Of a stretch of DNA of 64,000 bases, positions 19,925 to 30,473 are shown in pieces. The translations under genes and the position numbers were made by a program. Each line of letters opens with the position of its first letter. Within the stretch, counting starts at the first letter, position 1. The notes beneath the pieces are model-generated. The model saw nothing but the letters and a program-made list of their open reading frames with translations. It had not been told where the DNA came from and did no database searches. The DNA comes from Acidobacteriota bacterium (GTDB taxonomy: Bacteria > Acidobacteriota > UBA6911 > JACQSX01): assembly GCA_036507075.1 (NCBI GenBank), contig DASXQR010000152.1, positions 32,001 through 96,000 on the forward strand, given 5' to 3'.

Positions 19925-21211
19925 TTATTTGGTTTCGAGGCGGACCGCGATGGCGCGCGCGTGCGCCTGGAGCCCTTCGGCCATGGCCAGCTTTTGAATA
20001 TGCGGCCCGGCTGCGCGCAACTGGCGCCTGGAGTACTTGATCAGGCTGGTGCGTTTGACGAAATCGTAAACTCCCAGCGGTGAAGCGTAGCGAGCCGCCC
20101 CGCTGGTCGGCAGGACATGGTTGGGTCCGGCCCAATAGTCTCCCACCGGTTCCGGAGAGTACTCTCCGACGAAGATGGCGCCCGCATTGGTGATTTCTTT
20201 CAAATAATATGACTCGTCGCGCACCATCAGCTCCAGGTGCTCGGGGGCAAGCCGGTTTGTCCACGAAACCGCCTGCTCGCGCGATTCTGCGAGCAGAACA
20301 GCGCCCCGTTCGTCGAGAGAACGCCTTACGATCTGGCGTCGTGTCAGGTATTGGACCTGCTGCTGCAACTGGCGAACGACCTGACGAGCCAGATCTTCGG
20401 AGGTCGTGATGCAGACGGCCAGAGCCTGCTCGTCGTGCTCCGCCTGCGCCAGCATATCGGCGGCAACGTAACTGGCACGCGCCTGATGCTCGGCGATTAT
20501 CACCACTTCGGTCGGACCGGCAATCATGTCGATGCCAACACAGCCGAACACTTTTTGCTTTGCCAGCGCTACGAAAGTGTTTCCCGGCCCGACGATCTTG
20601 TCCACGGCGGGAATGGTTTCCGTTCCGTAGGCAAGCGCGGCAATGGCCTGCGCTCCGCCGATGCGATATATTTCAACCAGCTTCAATTCCATGCACGCAG
20701 CCGCAAGCAGTGGATGGCTTTCAAACGACGCAGGCGGAGAAACCACGGCGATTCTGCGCACGCCGGCAATCTGCGCCGGAATGACATTCATCAGCAGAGT
20801 AGAAGGGTACGCCGCTTTTCCGCCGGGAACGTAGACGCCGACGGAGTGCAGCGGCCGGATCACCTGTCCCAGAAAAGACTCGCCCGTGCCTTTTTTCCAG
20901 CTCCTCTCAACCTGAGTCTCGTGGAACTTGCGGATGTTGCGGATTGCACTTCGCAGCGCCTTCAGCCATTGCGGGTCTGCCTTCCTGGCAAGTTTCTTCA
21001 GATAGTCGTCCTGAATGCGGAACTCCTCAGGCCGAAGATTGCAGCTGTCGAATCGCGCGGTGGCGTCCACTACCGCCAGATCCCGGCGCTTTTTCACGTC
21101 GCGCAGAATTTTCTCCACTGATCTTTCGGCCAATTTTCTGCGCGCGCCGTTTCCCGTTCGAAACGCTTCCAGATAGGTTTCCGCCGCGGGTCCTGTCAGA
21201 ATTCCAATCAC
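19925..21211 (-). CDS. hisD: Histidinol dehydrogenase
   Basis: [37 protein letters not shown] start overlaps the hisG stop. Confidence 0.95.
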   Translation of the reverse strand: MIGILTGPAAETYLEAFRTGNGARRKLAERSVEKILRDVKKRRDLAVVDATARFDSCNLRPEEFRIQDDYLKKLARKADPQWLKALRSAIRNIRKFHETQVERSWKKGTGESFLGQVIRPLHSVGVYVPGGKAAYPSTLLMNVIPAQIAGVRRIAVVSPPASFESHPLLAAACMELKLVEIYRIGGAQAIAALAYGTETIPAVDKIVGPGNTFVALAKQKVFGCVGIDMIAGPTEVVIIAEHQARASYVAADMLAQAEHDEQALAVCITTSEDLARQVVRQLQQQVQYLTRRQIVRRSLDERGAVLLAESREQAVSWTNRLAPEHLELMVRDESYYLKEITNAGAIFVGEYSPEPVGDYWAGPNHVLPTSGAARYASPLGVYDFVKRTSLIKYSRRQLRAAGPHIQKLAMAEGLQAHARAIAVRLETK

Positions 21212-21822
21212 GATAATTGCTTCTCCATAGACTCGAGCAGCCCGCCTATCTCGGAACGCTTGGTGTGAAACCCGGCGCGGTTGATAATCAGACGCGCCGT
21301 GCATTGCATGATTTCCTCGAGCACGATCAAACCGTTTTCACGGAGAGTGTTTCCCGTTTCCACCAGGTCCACCACTCTTTCGGCCAGACCCAGAGCAGGC
21401 GCCAGCTCCACAGATCCCGAGAGAGGAATAACCTCCACGGCCTTTCCCTGGTTTCGAAAAAAATCTTCGGTAATTCGCGGGTACTTGGTGGCGATGCGGA
21501 GCGATGGCGGCTCATGATCGTCCGCCTTGCCGGCCAGTACCATTCGACAACGGCCAATCTGCAGATCGAGGGGCTGGTGCACGTCCGGCAGTACCTCGCG
21601 CAGGATGTCCGTGCCGCAGATGCCTGCGTCCGCGGCGCCATACTCGACATAGATGGGCACATCGATGGGCTTGACCAGTATGAACTGGTAGCGATGATCG
21701 CCTGAGGCGAGCCGCAGTTTGCGCGTGCTTGCTGCGTCCGGGGGGAGCTCAATTCCGCAGCGAGCCAGAAACTCGACGCAGGCGCCAAAGATTCTGCCCT
21801 TGGGAAGCGCCATTATGATCAT
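21208..21822 (-). CDS. hisG: ATP phosphoribosyltransferase, short form
   Basis: ALPKGR, ATKYP, GSVELAP, DLVETG; ATGA overlap with hisZ. Confidence 0.95.
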   Translation of the reverse strand: MIIMALPKGRIFGACVEFLARCGIELPPDAASTRKLRLASGDHRYQFILVKPIDVPIYVEYGAADAGICGTDILREVLPDVHQPLDLQIGRCRMVLAGKADDHEPPSLRIATKYPRITEDFFRNQGKAVEVIPLSGSVELAPALGLAERVVDLVETGNTLRENGLIVLEEIMQCTARLIINRAGFHTKRSEIGGLLESMEKQLS

Positions 21823-22892
21823 GAAGGCCACTCCACTCGAATCCTTTTGTGCTCTTTGCGCATTCGCCGTGCCTGCTCGAAGTTCGAAGCCTGCTCGCAC
21901 TGCGATTCTTCCGGCGCGGCAGGCGAAAGCGCCGCCACCAGCCTTTCGAGACTCACGGAAAAGCCCACCGCCGGAAGAGATACTCCGAACTTTTCGGCCA
22001 GCGAATCGTAGCGCCCCCCCCCGCCGATCTCAAAGCCGAGGCTTTCGCTGTAAACCTTAAAAATGAGGCCGGTATAGTAATCGAGATTTCGAACTTCAGC
22101 CAGATCGATCAGGAAGTGGCGCTCCAGTCCCAGCGAGGAAAGCTCGTCATGAATGGTGGCAAGCCGATCCAGGGCCTGCCGGGACTTTTGATTCTGCACC
22201 ACGCGCTCGGCCCGGTCCAGAACCTCTCTGCCGCCTGCCAGCCGCGGCAAGGCCTGAAGAAATTCCTCCTTGGCGGGGCTCAAATCCATTGCGGAAATCA
22301 TCTGCCCGATGCCCCAGGAGTCTTTGTGATCGATCAGATTCTTCAATGTGAGCCTGTCCTCGTCGGAAAGGCTTAGCGCCTCCACGATTCCAGCAAAGAA
22401 CTCCGCATGCCCCAGGGGCACGATGGCATTGCGAAGGCCGGCGCAATCGAGCGCCTCCAGCATCACCAGCAATACCTCTATTTCAGCGGATACAGAGGAG
22501 CTTCCGAAAAGTTCAATTCCCGCTTGATAGAATTCGCGCTGCTGCCCGGCTTTCGGGTCCTCATAGCGAAAGACTTCGCCGTCGTACCAAAGCCTCAACG
22601 GCATTTCCGCCTTACCCTGCGCCGCCACCACCTTGGCCACCAGTGTGGTCAAGTCCGGACGGAGCGCCAGCAGGCTGCCGTCGCGATCCACGAACGAATA
22701 CATTCGCTTTTCCAGTTCGGGTCCAAGGGCCAGATGGAAGGAGTGCGCATAGTCGATCACCGGCAACATGACCTCCCGGTAAGACCATCCTTCAAAGACG
22801 GCGCGAAGCCGCTCCAGGAGAATGCGCCGGTTTTTCGATTGCGCGCCGGTGAAATACTGAACGCCCGGCGCCAGGGTACGGGGCTTTTGCAT
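21819..22892 (-). CDS. hisZ: ATP phosphoribosyltransferase regulatory subunit
   Basis: LRPDLT, REFYQAGIE, YYTG, GGGRYD; adjacent to short hisG. Confidence 0.92.
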   Translation of the reverse strand: MQKPRTLAPGVQYFTGAQSKNRRILLERLRAVFEGWSYREVMLPVIDYAHSFHLALGPELEKRMYSFVDRDGSLLALRPDLTTLVAKVVAAQGKAEMPLRLWYDGEVFRYEDPKAGQQREFYQAGIELFGSSSVSAEIEVLLVMLEALDCAGLRNAIVPLGHAEFFAGIVEALSLSDEDRLTLKNLIDHKDSWGIGQMISAMDLSPAKEEFLQALPRLAGGREVLDRAERVVQNQKSRQALDRLATIHDELSSLGLERHFLIDLAEVRNLDYYTGLIFKVYSESLGFEIGGGGRYDSLAEKFGVSLPAVGFSVSLERLVAALSPAAPEESQCEQASNFEQARRMRKEHKRIRVEWPS

Positions 22893-22991
22893 GAGAAAAG
22901 TTCTACATTTAATCCCGAGTCTGACCTTAATACAATCTTCGTTTTTTTTCGCTCGTTTCACCTTGCTTTGTCAGCGGTGCAGTCCAATTTC

Positions 22992-23425
22992 CGAATGCGG
23001 AATTTGGAATGTGGAATGCGGAATGCAGAAGGCCGGAGGCAGAAAGCAGAAAGCGGAAGGCTGAATAAAGCCTATGGTCCAGCGGGCCCTCGCCATGGGG
23101 CACCCAAGCACACAACTTAGCTTGGTTCCTTTGTGGTTCATTCTTACTAACCACCAAGACACCAAGCCAGCCCAAAATCCCGCAATCGCTTAAACTCCTA
23201 CCAGCCTTCGGCCTTCCGCTTTTCACGCCTTTCACGCCTTTCAGCCCTTCCACCCTTCCACCTTCCGCATTCCGCTTTCTGCCTTCCGCCTTCTGCTTTC
23301 CGGCTTCTGCTTTCCGCATTCCGCCTTCCGCCTTCCGCCTTCCGCCTTCCGCTTTCCGCCTTCCGCCTTCCGCTTTCCGCATTCCGCATTCCGCATTCTA
23401 CATTCCGCATTCTACATTCCGCATT
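22992..23425. repeat. Long inverted heptamer tracts (GCGGAAT/GCAGAAG vs TTCCGCA/TTCCGCC)
   Basis: About 10 units on the left and more than 25 on the right, in the divergent hisZ/rlmD gap. Confidence 0.9.
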
Positions 23426-23455
23426 TGGAACCCCGGCTGCTACCATGAACCCCGG

Positions 23456-24652
23456 ATGATTTCCGTAGAGAAACTGGTTTACCAGGGATACGGCCTGGCG
23501 CGTCAGAACGGAAAGACCGTCTTTGTTCGGCGCGCCGCTCCCGGAGACCGCGCCGAAATCCGGATCACGGAGCATAAGAAAAACTTCGATGTCGCGCAAA
23601 TTGTGCGGCTGATCGAACCTTCTTCCGCCCGCGTAGATGCGCCTTGCATCTTCTACCACCGCGGCTGCGGGGGCTGCCAGTGGCAGCATCTGAATTACGA
23701 ACAACAACTGCTATGGAAGAGAAGGATATTTCTCGAATTCCTCGAGAGAAGCTGCCTTCCCGAACCTTATCCCGAAATTACCGTGAATCGGTCGGAGCCG
23801 TTTCATTACCGGACCCGTTTTCAATTCCATGTAACGGAAGCCGGCAAGACTGCGCTGTTTCGCGAGCATAGTCACCAGTTGGTTGAAGTCGATCACTGCT
23901 GGTTGGTGCCCGAGCCGTCCAACACTCTATTGCAGCGCCTGCAGGGACGCGAGTGGCTGGCCGGCTTGAAGTCGATTCAGATCTGGATTGACGATTCCAA
24001 CCGCGTCGGTTTGCAGACGACGCCCGAACTGCCCGAGAACCTGAGCCGGAAAGTGCGCAATGACTTGCCGGGAGTGATGCTGCTCGGTTCAGACTCCCCT
24101 GATCGGATGGAGTATGTTGTGGGAGGAATACGATTTCAGCTCGGCGGGCAGAGCTTTTTCCAGACAAACCGTTTCCTTAACGCGAAGCTCAATGACGCGG
24201 TTTGTCACTTTGCCGGGCGTGGTGGGCGCGTGCTCGATCTCTATTCCGGGGTTGGCTTCTTTGCGCTTCCGCTGGCCAAACAATACGGCCAGGTCCTGGG
24301 AATCGAGGAAAGCCCGGCCGCGGTTGCGCAGGCGCGCGAGATTGCCATGCTCAACGGGATTTCGAATGTGGAATTTTTCCAGGCAAACGTCGATCGCTGG
24401 ACCGGGGACTGCGCCCAGTCTTTCGATGCCGTCATTGCAGATCCGCCGCGGGCCGGGCTCTCGCGGAAGATCGCCGAGTGGATTTTGAGGGTGAACCCCG
24501 GGCGCGTGATTTACGTGTCTTGTGACCCGGCAACTCTGGTGCGTGATCTCCTTTGGCTGAGCACGCGGTATTTAGTGGAGCAGTTCTGGCTTTTCGATCT
24601 TTTCCCACAGACGTTCCACTTTGAGGTAGTGGCGGCATTGCGGGCCAGGTGA
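23456..24652 (+). CDS. rlmD: 23S rRNA (uracil-5)-methyltransferase RlmD/TrmA family
   Basis: TRAM domain, CGGC, FFQTN, LDLYSGVG, DPPRAG, YVSCDP. Confidence 0.85.
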   Translation: MISVEKLVYQGYGLARQNGKTVFVRRAAPGDRAEIRITEHKKNFDVAQIVRLIEPSSARVDAPCIFYHRGCGGCQWQHLNYEQQLLWKRRIFLEFLERSCLPEPYPEITVNRSEPFHYRTRFQFHVTEAGKTALFREHSHQLVEVDHCWLVPEPSNTLLQRLQGREWLAGLKSIQIWIDDSNRVGLQTTPELPENLSRKVRNDLPGVMLLGSDSPDRMEYVVGGIRFQLGGQSFFQTNRFLNAKLNDAVCHFAGRGGRVLDLYSGVGFFALPLAKQYGQVLGIEESPAAVAQAREIAMLNGISNVEFFQANVDRWTGDCAQSFDAVIADPPRAGLSRKIAEWILRVNPGRVIYVSCDPATLVRDLLWLSTRYLVEQFWLFDLFPQTFHFEVVAALRAR

Positions 24653-24664
24653 CATTCAGAAAGA

Positions 24665-24995
24665 TTCACCACAAAGGCCAGCGCAGCCGCAGGCCGCGAC
24701 CAAAGAAAAAGCCGTCCACGTCTACGTGCACGTGACACGTCAATGTCCACGTCTCAGGTCCACGATCACGACAACATACAGACAGCCCCTCAATTCCGCC
24801 CAATCTGTGACAAAACGAGCGAAGTCGTAAACGTAATCGTGGACGTTGACGTGTCACGTGCTCGTTAGACGTGGACGGCTTTGAAAAACTTGCCAAAATA
24901 ACTAGAAGTTGCCAACTTGTTACACAAAGGACACAAAGTTGTCCGAAACGGCGTGCAGCGAGGCAGGAGTTTGTGTTCTTCGTGTCTTTGTGGTG
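24665..24995. mobile_element. Nested A>B>C repeat element
   Basis: A arm split by B (24677-24921), which holds a complete C hairpin (24707-24882). Confidence 0.72.
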
Positions 24996-25001
24996 TATTT
25001 T

Positions 25002-25538
25002 TCAGCTCTGCTTATCCGCAAGAGGCTTCAATTTGCCCGAAAGATATTTGCTGGCCAGGTCCTGGTAGGCTGGAGCGCTGGTGTTTATCCACGACCGGGC
25101 ATTGTCGGAAAGCGGCTTTTTGATTTGCGCCGGGTTCCCCGCGGCCAGATAGCCTGGGGGCACTTCCATCTTTTCTACCACCACCGAACCGGCGGCGACC
25201 AGCGCGCCCGCTCCCACTCTGGCGCCGTGCAAAACGACGCTATTCATGCCGATGACCGCTCCATCCTCGATAATGCAGCCTTCCAGGATGCATCCATGGC
25301 CGAGCGTCACATTTTTCCCGATCAGCGTCCGGCCGCCACGCGGAGCATGGACCACAACGTTGTCCTGAACACTGGTACCTGAGCCCACAACGATCTCACC
25401 GGTGTCACCTCGCAACACCGATCCAAACCAGACGCTGCTCCGCGTCCCGATCTTCACTCTTCCGAGCAGTACCGCATTTGGCGCGATAAAGACGCCTGGT
25501 TCGACTTCCGGCAGCACGCCGTCATACTCGAAAATCAT
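25002..25538 (-). CDS. Gamma-class carbonic anhydrase family (hexapeptide repeat)
   Basis: SVLRGD, VQDNVVVH, LGHGCILEGC. Confidence 0.88.
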   Translation of the reverse strand: MIFEYDGVLPEVEPGVFIAPNAVLLGRVKIGTRSSVWFGSVLRGDTGEIVVGSGTSVQDNVVVHAPRGGRTLIGKNVTLGHGCILEGCIIEDGAVIGMNSVVLHGARVGAGALVAAGSVVVEKMEVPPGYLAAGNPAQIKKPLSDNARSWINTSAPAYQDLASKYLSGKLKPLADKQS

Positions 25539-27262
25539 AATGTTCTCCTAAGGAACTCCAGCAACTGCGGCAGCGGCCTGGCATTGAGGACATCGGAAGG
25601 CTCCAGCCAGCCGCGGCGCGCCGTGTGGACCCCGAAGCGCAGGGCGCCCAGCATTTTTGCCTGGTGCGCATCAGACGAGATCACAACCGGAATTCCCATG
25701 GTCCTGGCCTTGTAGCAATGCACGTCGTTCAGGTCAAGTCTGGCCACGTCTGAGTTCAGCTCCAGCGCGGTTTTGCTGCGCCGGGCGGTCTCAAAGACGG
25801 CATCGATGTCCAGCGGATAGGAATTCCTTCGAAGCAACAGACGTCCCGTGGGATGCGCCAGAATATCGACGTGCGGATTCTCAATCGCGCGGCAGATTCG
25901 GCGCGTCATTTCATCGGCCGTCATGTTGAAGCGTGAATGGATGGATGCAATCACCACATCCAATTGTTCCAGCAGAGAGTCCGGGTAGTCCAGCGATCCA
26001 TCGGCCAGAATGTCCACTTCAGACCCCGCCAGTACGCGCACCGGGGAATTGTTGGCAGCCTGCCAGTTTCGAATTTCGTCGATGTGCCGCAGCAGGCGCT
26101 CTTCATTCAATCCGTTCGTGATCGCCAGCGACTGGGAATGGTCGGTAATTGCGATGTATTCATAACCGAGCCGCTGCGCGGCAGCCGCCATTTCCTGAAC
26201 GGTGTTCTTCCCGTCGCTGGCAACCGTATGCATGTGCAAATCCCCTCGAATATCGGATTCCTCGACCAGGCGCGGGAGCTGCTCTGCCTGCGCGGCTTCA
26301 ATCTCGCCTCGGTTCTCGCGCAGTTCAGGAGGTATGAACTGAAGACCGAGCAGGCGGTAAACGTCTTCCTCCTGCGCGCCCGCCACTTGTACCTCATCGC
26401 TGATGCGGAACACGCCGTATTCATTCACTTTGAATCCCATGCGTTTGGCGCGCTCGCGCAATATGACGTTGTGTTCCTTGGATCCGGTGAAATACTGCAA
26501 AGCCGCCCCGAAACTGGGCTGGGGCAGAACCCTCAGGTCCACCTGCATGCCGGAGCTGAGCGCGATGGACGACTTGGTTTCGCCCCTTGCCAGAATCTGA
26601 TCGGCGGGCGGGAAGTCCACAAACCGGCTCATCACCGGAAGCGGATCCTCGCTCGCCACCAGCACGTCAACATCAGCCACCGTTTCCTTCCAGCGGCGCA
26701 CGCTTCCGGCGGCGGAAATTCGCGCCACATTGACCGCTTCCTGCATGTGCCGGATGACCTGTTCGGCGACCGCCAGCGCTTCGTGGATTCGAAATTGTCC
26801 CGACGTCTGTTCCTGCTCCCTGATGGCTTTAAGAATGCGCGACTCGATCTTCTCTCCAATGCCGGGCAGGTTTCTAAGCTCATGCCGTTGCGCCGCCTCG
26901 GCCAGCTCGGACAAACTGCGGATTCCGCGGTCGCGAAACAGCGCAACCTTCTTGGGCCCGACGCCGGGCAGTCGCGACATTTCAAGCAGAGAAAGAGGAA
27001 CCACCGCCAGCAGTCTCTGGTGCTCGGCACACTGGCCGGTCTGGCAGATTTCCATAATGATGGAGAATATGGTGGAACCGATGCCGGACAGCTCGCTGAT
27101 GGCGTCCGGATTCTCACGCGCCGCTCTGTCAATGTTAAAGCTGACCGATTCGAGCGCCTGGCCGGCCTTCCGGTACGACCGAATGCGAAATACATTCTCG
27201 TTCTGAATCTCCAGAATGTCGGCGATTTGATAGAGAACCTTGAAGAATTCCTTGTTTTCCAT
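25535..27262 (-). CDS. polX: DNA polymerase X / PHP domain protein
   Basis: GSVRRWKETVADVD, YFTGSK, DLHMHT, ITDHS, AHPTGR. Confidence 0.94.
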   Translation of the reverse strand: MENKEFFKVLYQIADILEIQNENVFRIRSYRKAGQALESVSFNIDRAARENPDAISELSGIGSTIFSIIMEICQTGQCAEHQRLLAVVPLSLLEMSRLPGVGPKKVALFRDRGIRSLSELAEAAQRHELRNLPGIGEKIESRILKAIREQEQTSGQFRIHEALAVAEQVIRHMQEAVNVARISAAGSVRRWKETVADVDVLVASEDPLPVMSRFVDFPPADQILARGETKSSIALSSGMQVDLRVLPQPSFGAALQYFTGSKEHNVILRERAKRMGFKVNEYGVFRISDEVQVAGAQEEDVYRLLGLQFIPPELRENRGEIEAAQAEQLPRLVEESDIRGDLHMHTVASDGKNTVQEMAAAAQRLGYEYIAITDHSQSLAITNGLNEERLLRHIDEIRNWQAANNSPVRVLAGSEVDILADGSLDYPDSLLEQLDVVIASIHSRFNMTADEMTRRICRAIENPHVDILAHPTGRLLLRRNSYPLDIDAVFETARRSKTALELNSDVARLDLNDVHCYKARTMGIPVVISSDAHQAKMLGALRFGVHTARRGWLEPSDVLNARPLPQLLEFLRRTL

Positions 27263-27334
27263 CTTCGTGCCCCTTTTTACTGCTGAGCACCAGAATTTTG
27301 CTCTTTAAGCAAGATTTCCGTCTCAAGAAAAACA

Positions 27335-27598
27335 AAAGCCGTTCACGTCCACGTGCACGACCACATCAACGCCCACGGCAACGTTCACGCATGACGACGC
27401 CTCGGATCTTTTTATCCTGCGGGGACAACCAATGACAAGATACGAGTGCCTTCAGTGCCAGCAGCAAGAGTCACAATGATCTTCTTGCCGCTGGCTTTTC
27501 GCGCTGCCTGACGACCGGCAGAGGCGTGCGCGTCAGCGTGGACGTAACCGGGGTCGTGGTCGTTGACGTGCACGTGAACGTGGCCGTAGGCGGCTTTT
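27335..27598. repeat. Family C element, flanked by degenerate family B ends
   Basis: AAAAGCCGTTCACGTCCACGTGCACG ... GTGCACGTGAACGTGGCCGTAGGCGGCTTTT. Confidence 0.7.
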
Positions 27599-27670
27599 CC
27601 TTTGGTTATGTCCCATGTTGGTGATTTTTTCACATGTTGGAAGGGGCGTCATGGTAAAAGTCGTTAACCC

Positions 27671-29215
27671 ATGCCTGATGCAGACTCAAGAGTACTCACG
27701 TTCATAACGGGGCTGTTCAAATTCCTCGAGACCGCTCAATTTTCCCTTCAGTCGTTCCTGGATTACCTGACAAAGGAATTGGGGGCGGATCGCGGAATCC
27801 TGGTGACATGCTCGGAGACGGAAAACCAGGTCCGCATCCTGGCAGGCTCCAATCTGAAAGAGCCCAACCTCACGCTGGAGGAATTCCAGATCAGCCGCAC
27901 TGTTTTCCGCCAGGTAATCCGCTTTCGGCAAACCGTGTTGATACGGAATCCGCTCGAAGAGGAGGCCTACGCCACCCAGAGCAGTATCGTCAAACCGCAA
28001 GTGCGCTCCATTCTGGCCATTCCCATCACCGCGCAAAACGAGGTGGTAGCCATCCTGTATTTCGACACGCAGCGTCTGCAAAGAAGCTTCAGCGAGTCGG
28101 ACCGCGCCTGTCTGGAACAGATCGCGCCTTTAATTAAGGCCCTGTTTTTGACGCGCGCCACGGCACAGTCCCAAGCGCCCCGCGAAGATGAATTCTTCCT
28201 CGATCATGACAGGGCGCTTCAGGGTCTGATTGGAAGCGACCCTGCCTTTCTCAACTCCATTTCACTTCTCAAGAAAGTATCTCCCACGCCGGCGCCCGTT
28301 TTATTGACGGGCGAAAGCGGAACCGGGAAAGAACTTTTTGCCCGCGCCGTTCATGCTTTAAGCCCCCGAAAAAACGGGCCTTTTGTCCCGATCAACTGCG
28401 CGGCCATTCCGGATACGCTCCTGGAGAGCGAATTGTTCGGCTACGAGAAGGGCGCCTTCACAGGCGCCGACAGCACGCGCCTCGGGAAGGTGGAACGGGC
28501 AAATCATGGAACCGTATTTCTGGACGAAATAGCTGAGTTAAGGCCGGAGCTGCAGGCCAAGCTGCTTCGCTTTCTGCAGTCCAACGAGATTGAGCGTGTT
28601 GGCGCGGGAGCTCCGATCCGGGTTGACGTCAGGATTGTGGCCGCCACCAACCAGGATCTGGCCCAAAGCGTCAAAGAAGGCGCGTTCCGCCAGGACCTCT
28701 TTTTTCGCCTCAACGTGTTTCCCATCGCTCTTCCGCCCCTGCGCGGGCGGAAGGCGGACCTCCGGGAGCTGGCTGAACATTTTTTTAAGAAGTACATCAA
28801 GCTCCTCAATCTACGCGCCATCAAGGTGGACCCGGGCGTTTACGAGGCCATCGAATCCTACTCTTTCCCGGGCAATGTGCGAGAGCTGGAGAATCTTGCC
28901 TACCGCGGCCTGCTGCTCTGCCAGGGCGGCACTGTGACGGTGGATGATTTACCTTCCGAAGTTCGAGCCGGCAGCGTGAGGGCAATGGAAAAGGATCCGT
29001 TCGCCCACCTGCACCGCACAGTTCCGCAGGATTATCGGGAGTTGGGCCACCGCAAGGAGGCAATCAAGAAGATCTGCCGGGATGAAATATCTTATTTGGA
29101 AAGACGATTCGCGGAGGCGCTCGTTTCTGCGGCCGGAGGCAACGTCTCCAAAGCGGCAGAGATGGCAGGAATCGACCGCGGGTTGTTTTATCGGCTGCTC
29201 AAGCCCGGGGATTGA
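27671..29215 (+). CDS. GAF-domain sigma-54-dependent Fis-family activator
   Basis: GESGTGKE, GAFTGA, FLDEI, RQDLFFRL, PGNVREL, C-terminal HTH. Confidence 0.93.
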   Translation: MPDADSRVLTFITGLFKFLETAQFSLQSFLDYLTKELGADRGILVTCSETENQVRILAGSNLKEPNLTLEEFQISRTVFRQVIRFRQTVLIRNPLEEEAYATQSSIVKPQVRSILAIPITAQNEVVAILYFDTQRLQRSFSESDRACLEQIAPLIKALFLTRATAQSQAPREDEFFLDHDRALQGLIGSDPAFLNSISLLKKVSPTPAPVLLTGESGTGKELFARAVHALSPRKNGPFVPINCAAIPDTLLESELFGYEKGAFTGADSTRLGKVERANHGTVFLDEIAELRPELQAKLLRFLQSNEIERVGAGAPIRVDVRIVAATNQDLAQSVKEGAFRQDLFFRLNVFPIALPPLRGRKADLRELAEHFFKKYIKLLNLRAIKVDPGVYEAIESYSFPGNVRELENLAYRGLLLCQGGTVTVDDLPSEVRAGSVRAMEKDPFAHLHRTVPQDYRELGHRKEAIKKICRDEISYLERRFAEALVSAAGGNVSKAAEMAGIDRGLFYRLLKPGD

Positions 29216-29623
29216 ACACGAATTACACGAATCCGGGTGGAACGAGGTATTCGTCACTATCGGCCCCCACCGGCCTTGTGCCGGTGGAGCAGGGGATTCT
29301 TCACTAGAACGCGCCAAACTCTGCTTTCTTCCACCTTGCTTGATTCGCGCACTGCGTTAATTTACGCATGGCATGCGACCCTTCCAGTCCCACGACTTAA
29401 TCCTGAAGTTGCGCCGCTTTTGCGCGCACATCGTACCGCCTGGACTCGAGCAAACCTGCCCGCTGTGGCCTTTCCAGTCCTAACGGGCACCCCACGCAGA
29501 CCAGCCGAAACCTCAACCCCGTCGCATATTTACGCTTTGCACTGATTTTCACAGTTTGGTCTGCATTTTGCGAATGGGTGGCAGGTCTGCCGATCGCATC
29601 TTCGCGCTCGATGCAAGGAGGAC

Positions 29624-30100
29624 ATGATGAAAAAGGCAATCCTGTTTCTTTGCGTGCTGCTTTTTGTTCCCTCGCTGTCGTCTGGCCAAAGCCGTTCAGC
29701 CGGGCAGGGCTATGCGTTTGGCGCAATAGGCGCAACGGCGCCGGATCCTTATGGGCCGCTCTACCATTTCGGAGTTGGAGGCGAAGGATTTGTTTACAAG
29801 AACGTCGGGGCGGGAGGCGAAATAGGTTTTCTCACTTCGGAATTTCGCGATGTCCTCGGTGTTTTCTCAGCCAATGGATCCTATCATTTTCAACCGCACA
29901 AAAAGTGGGATCCCTTCGTCACCGCAGGCTACACGTTGCTTTTCAGGGAGGAGACCGCCAATTTTTTTAACCTGGGAGGAGGTACAAATTATTGGATACG
30001 TGACAACCTGGGACTGCGGATGGAGTTCCGTGATCATATTAATCGTGAGTACGGAACCTACCATCTTCTGCAACTCCGATTGGGGTTGTCATTTCGCTAG
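29624..30100 (+). CDS. Small outer-membrane beta-barrel protein
   Basis: Signal peptide, amphipathic strands, ends LGLSFR; RBS AAGGAGG. Confidence 0.8.
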   Translation: MMKKAILFLCVLLFVPSLSSGQSRSAGQGYAFGAIGATAPDPYGPLYHFGVGGEGFVYKNVGAGGEIGFLTSEFRDVLGVFSANGSYHFQPHKKWDPFVTAGYTLLFREETANFFNLGGGTNYWIRDNLGLRMEFRDHINREYGTYHLLQLRLGLSFR

Positions 30101-30132
30101 TATCTTAATTGCCATAAATCCGGGTACGAATA

Positions 30133-30284
30133 TTTCACCACAGAGACACAGAGGACACAAAACTGGACGAGGAGCAGACAGAGTCCGGTCAGCTTAGAAC
30201 GGGCTGTCAGAGTTCACTTTTAGACCTGACCGGACTCTGCCTGCCCTCGTCTGACTTTGTGTCTTTCGTGTCTTTGTGCTGAAA
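30133..30284. repeat. Family A element with an extended internal inverted repeat
   Basis: TTTCACCACAGAGACACAGAG ... GTGTCTTTGTGCTGAAA; inner CAGAGTCCGGTCAG / CTGACCGGACTCTG. Confidence 0.8.
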
Positions 30285-30473
30285 AAATTCTTATTCGGAT
30301 TTTTGGATTTGAGTTCTGACGCCAATACCGGTTGTGAACCGGAGCCATGTGAATTAATCTATCGCATACAAGACTCAGCTCTGCCGCATTTTCACCAATT
30401 CTTAAGGTGATTCATGGCAGGAAGCCTGTAGAATCCTGTCCCAATAGGATCTGACAACGCAGGGAGGTAAATC

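Noticed and set aside
22927..23382. 151-aa ORF with RRKAEGG repeats
   Set aside because: It is a translation of the heptamer microsatellite.
29340..30470. Sigma-54 promoter near the activator gene
   Set aside because: The TGGCA sites at about 29369, 29579 and 30415 lack a correctly spaced -12 GC.
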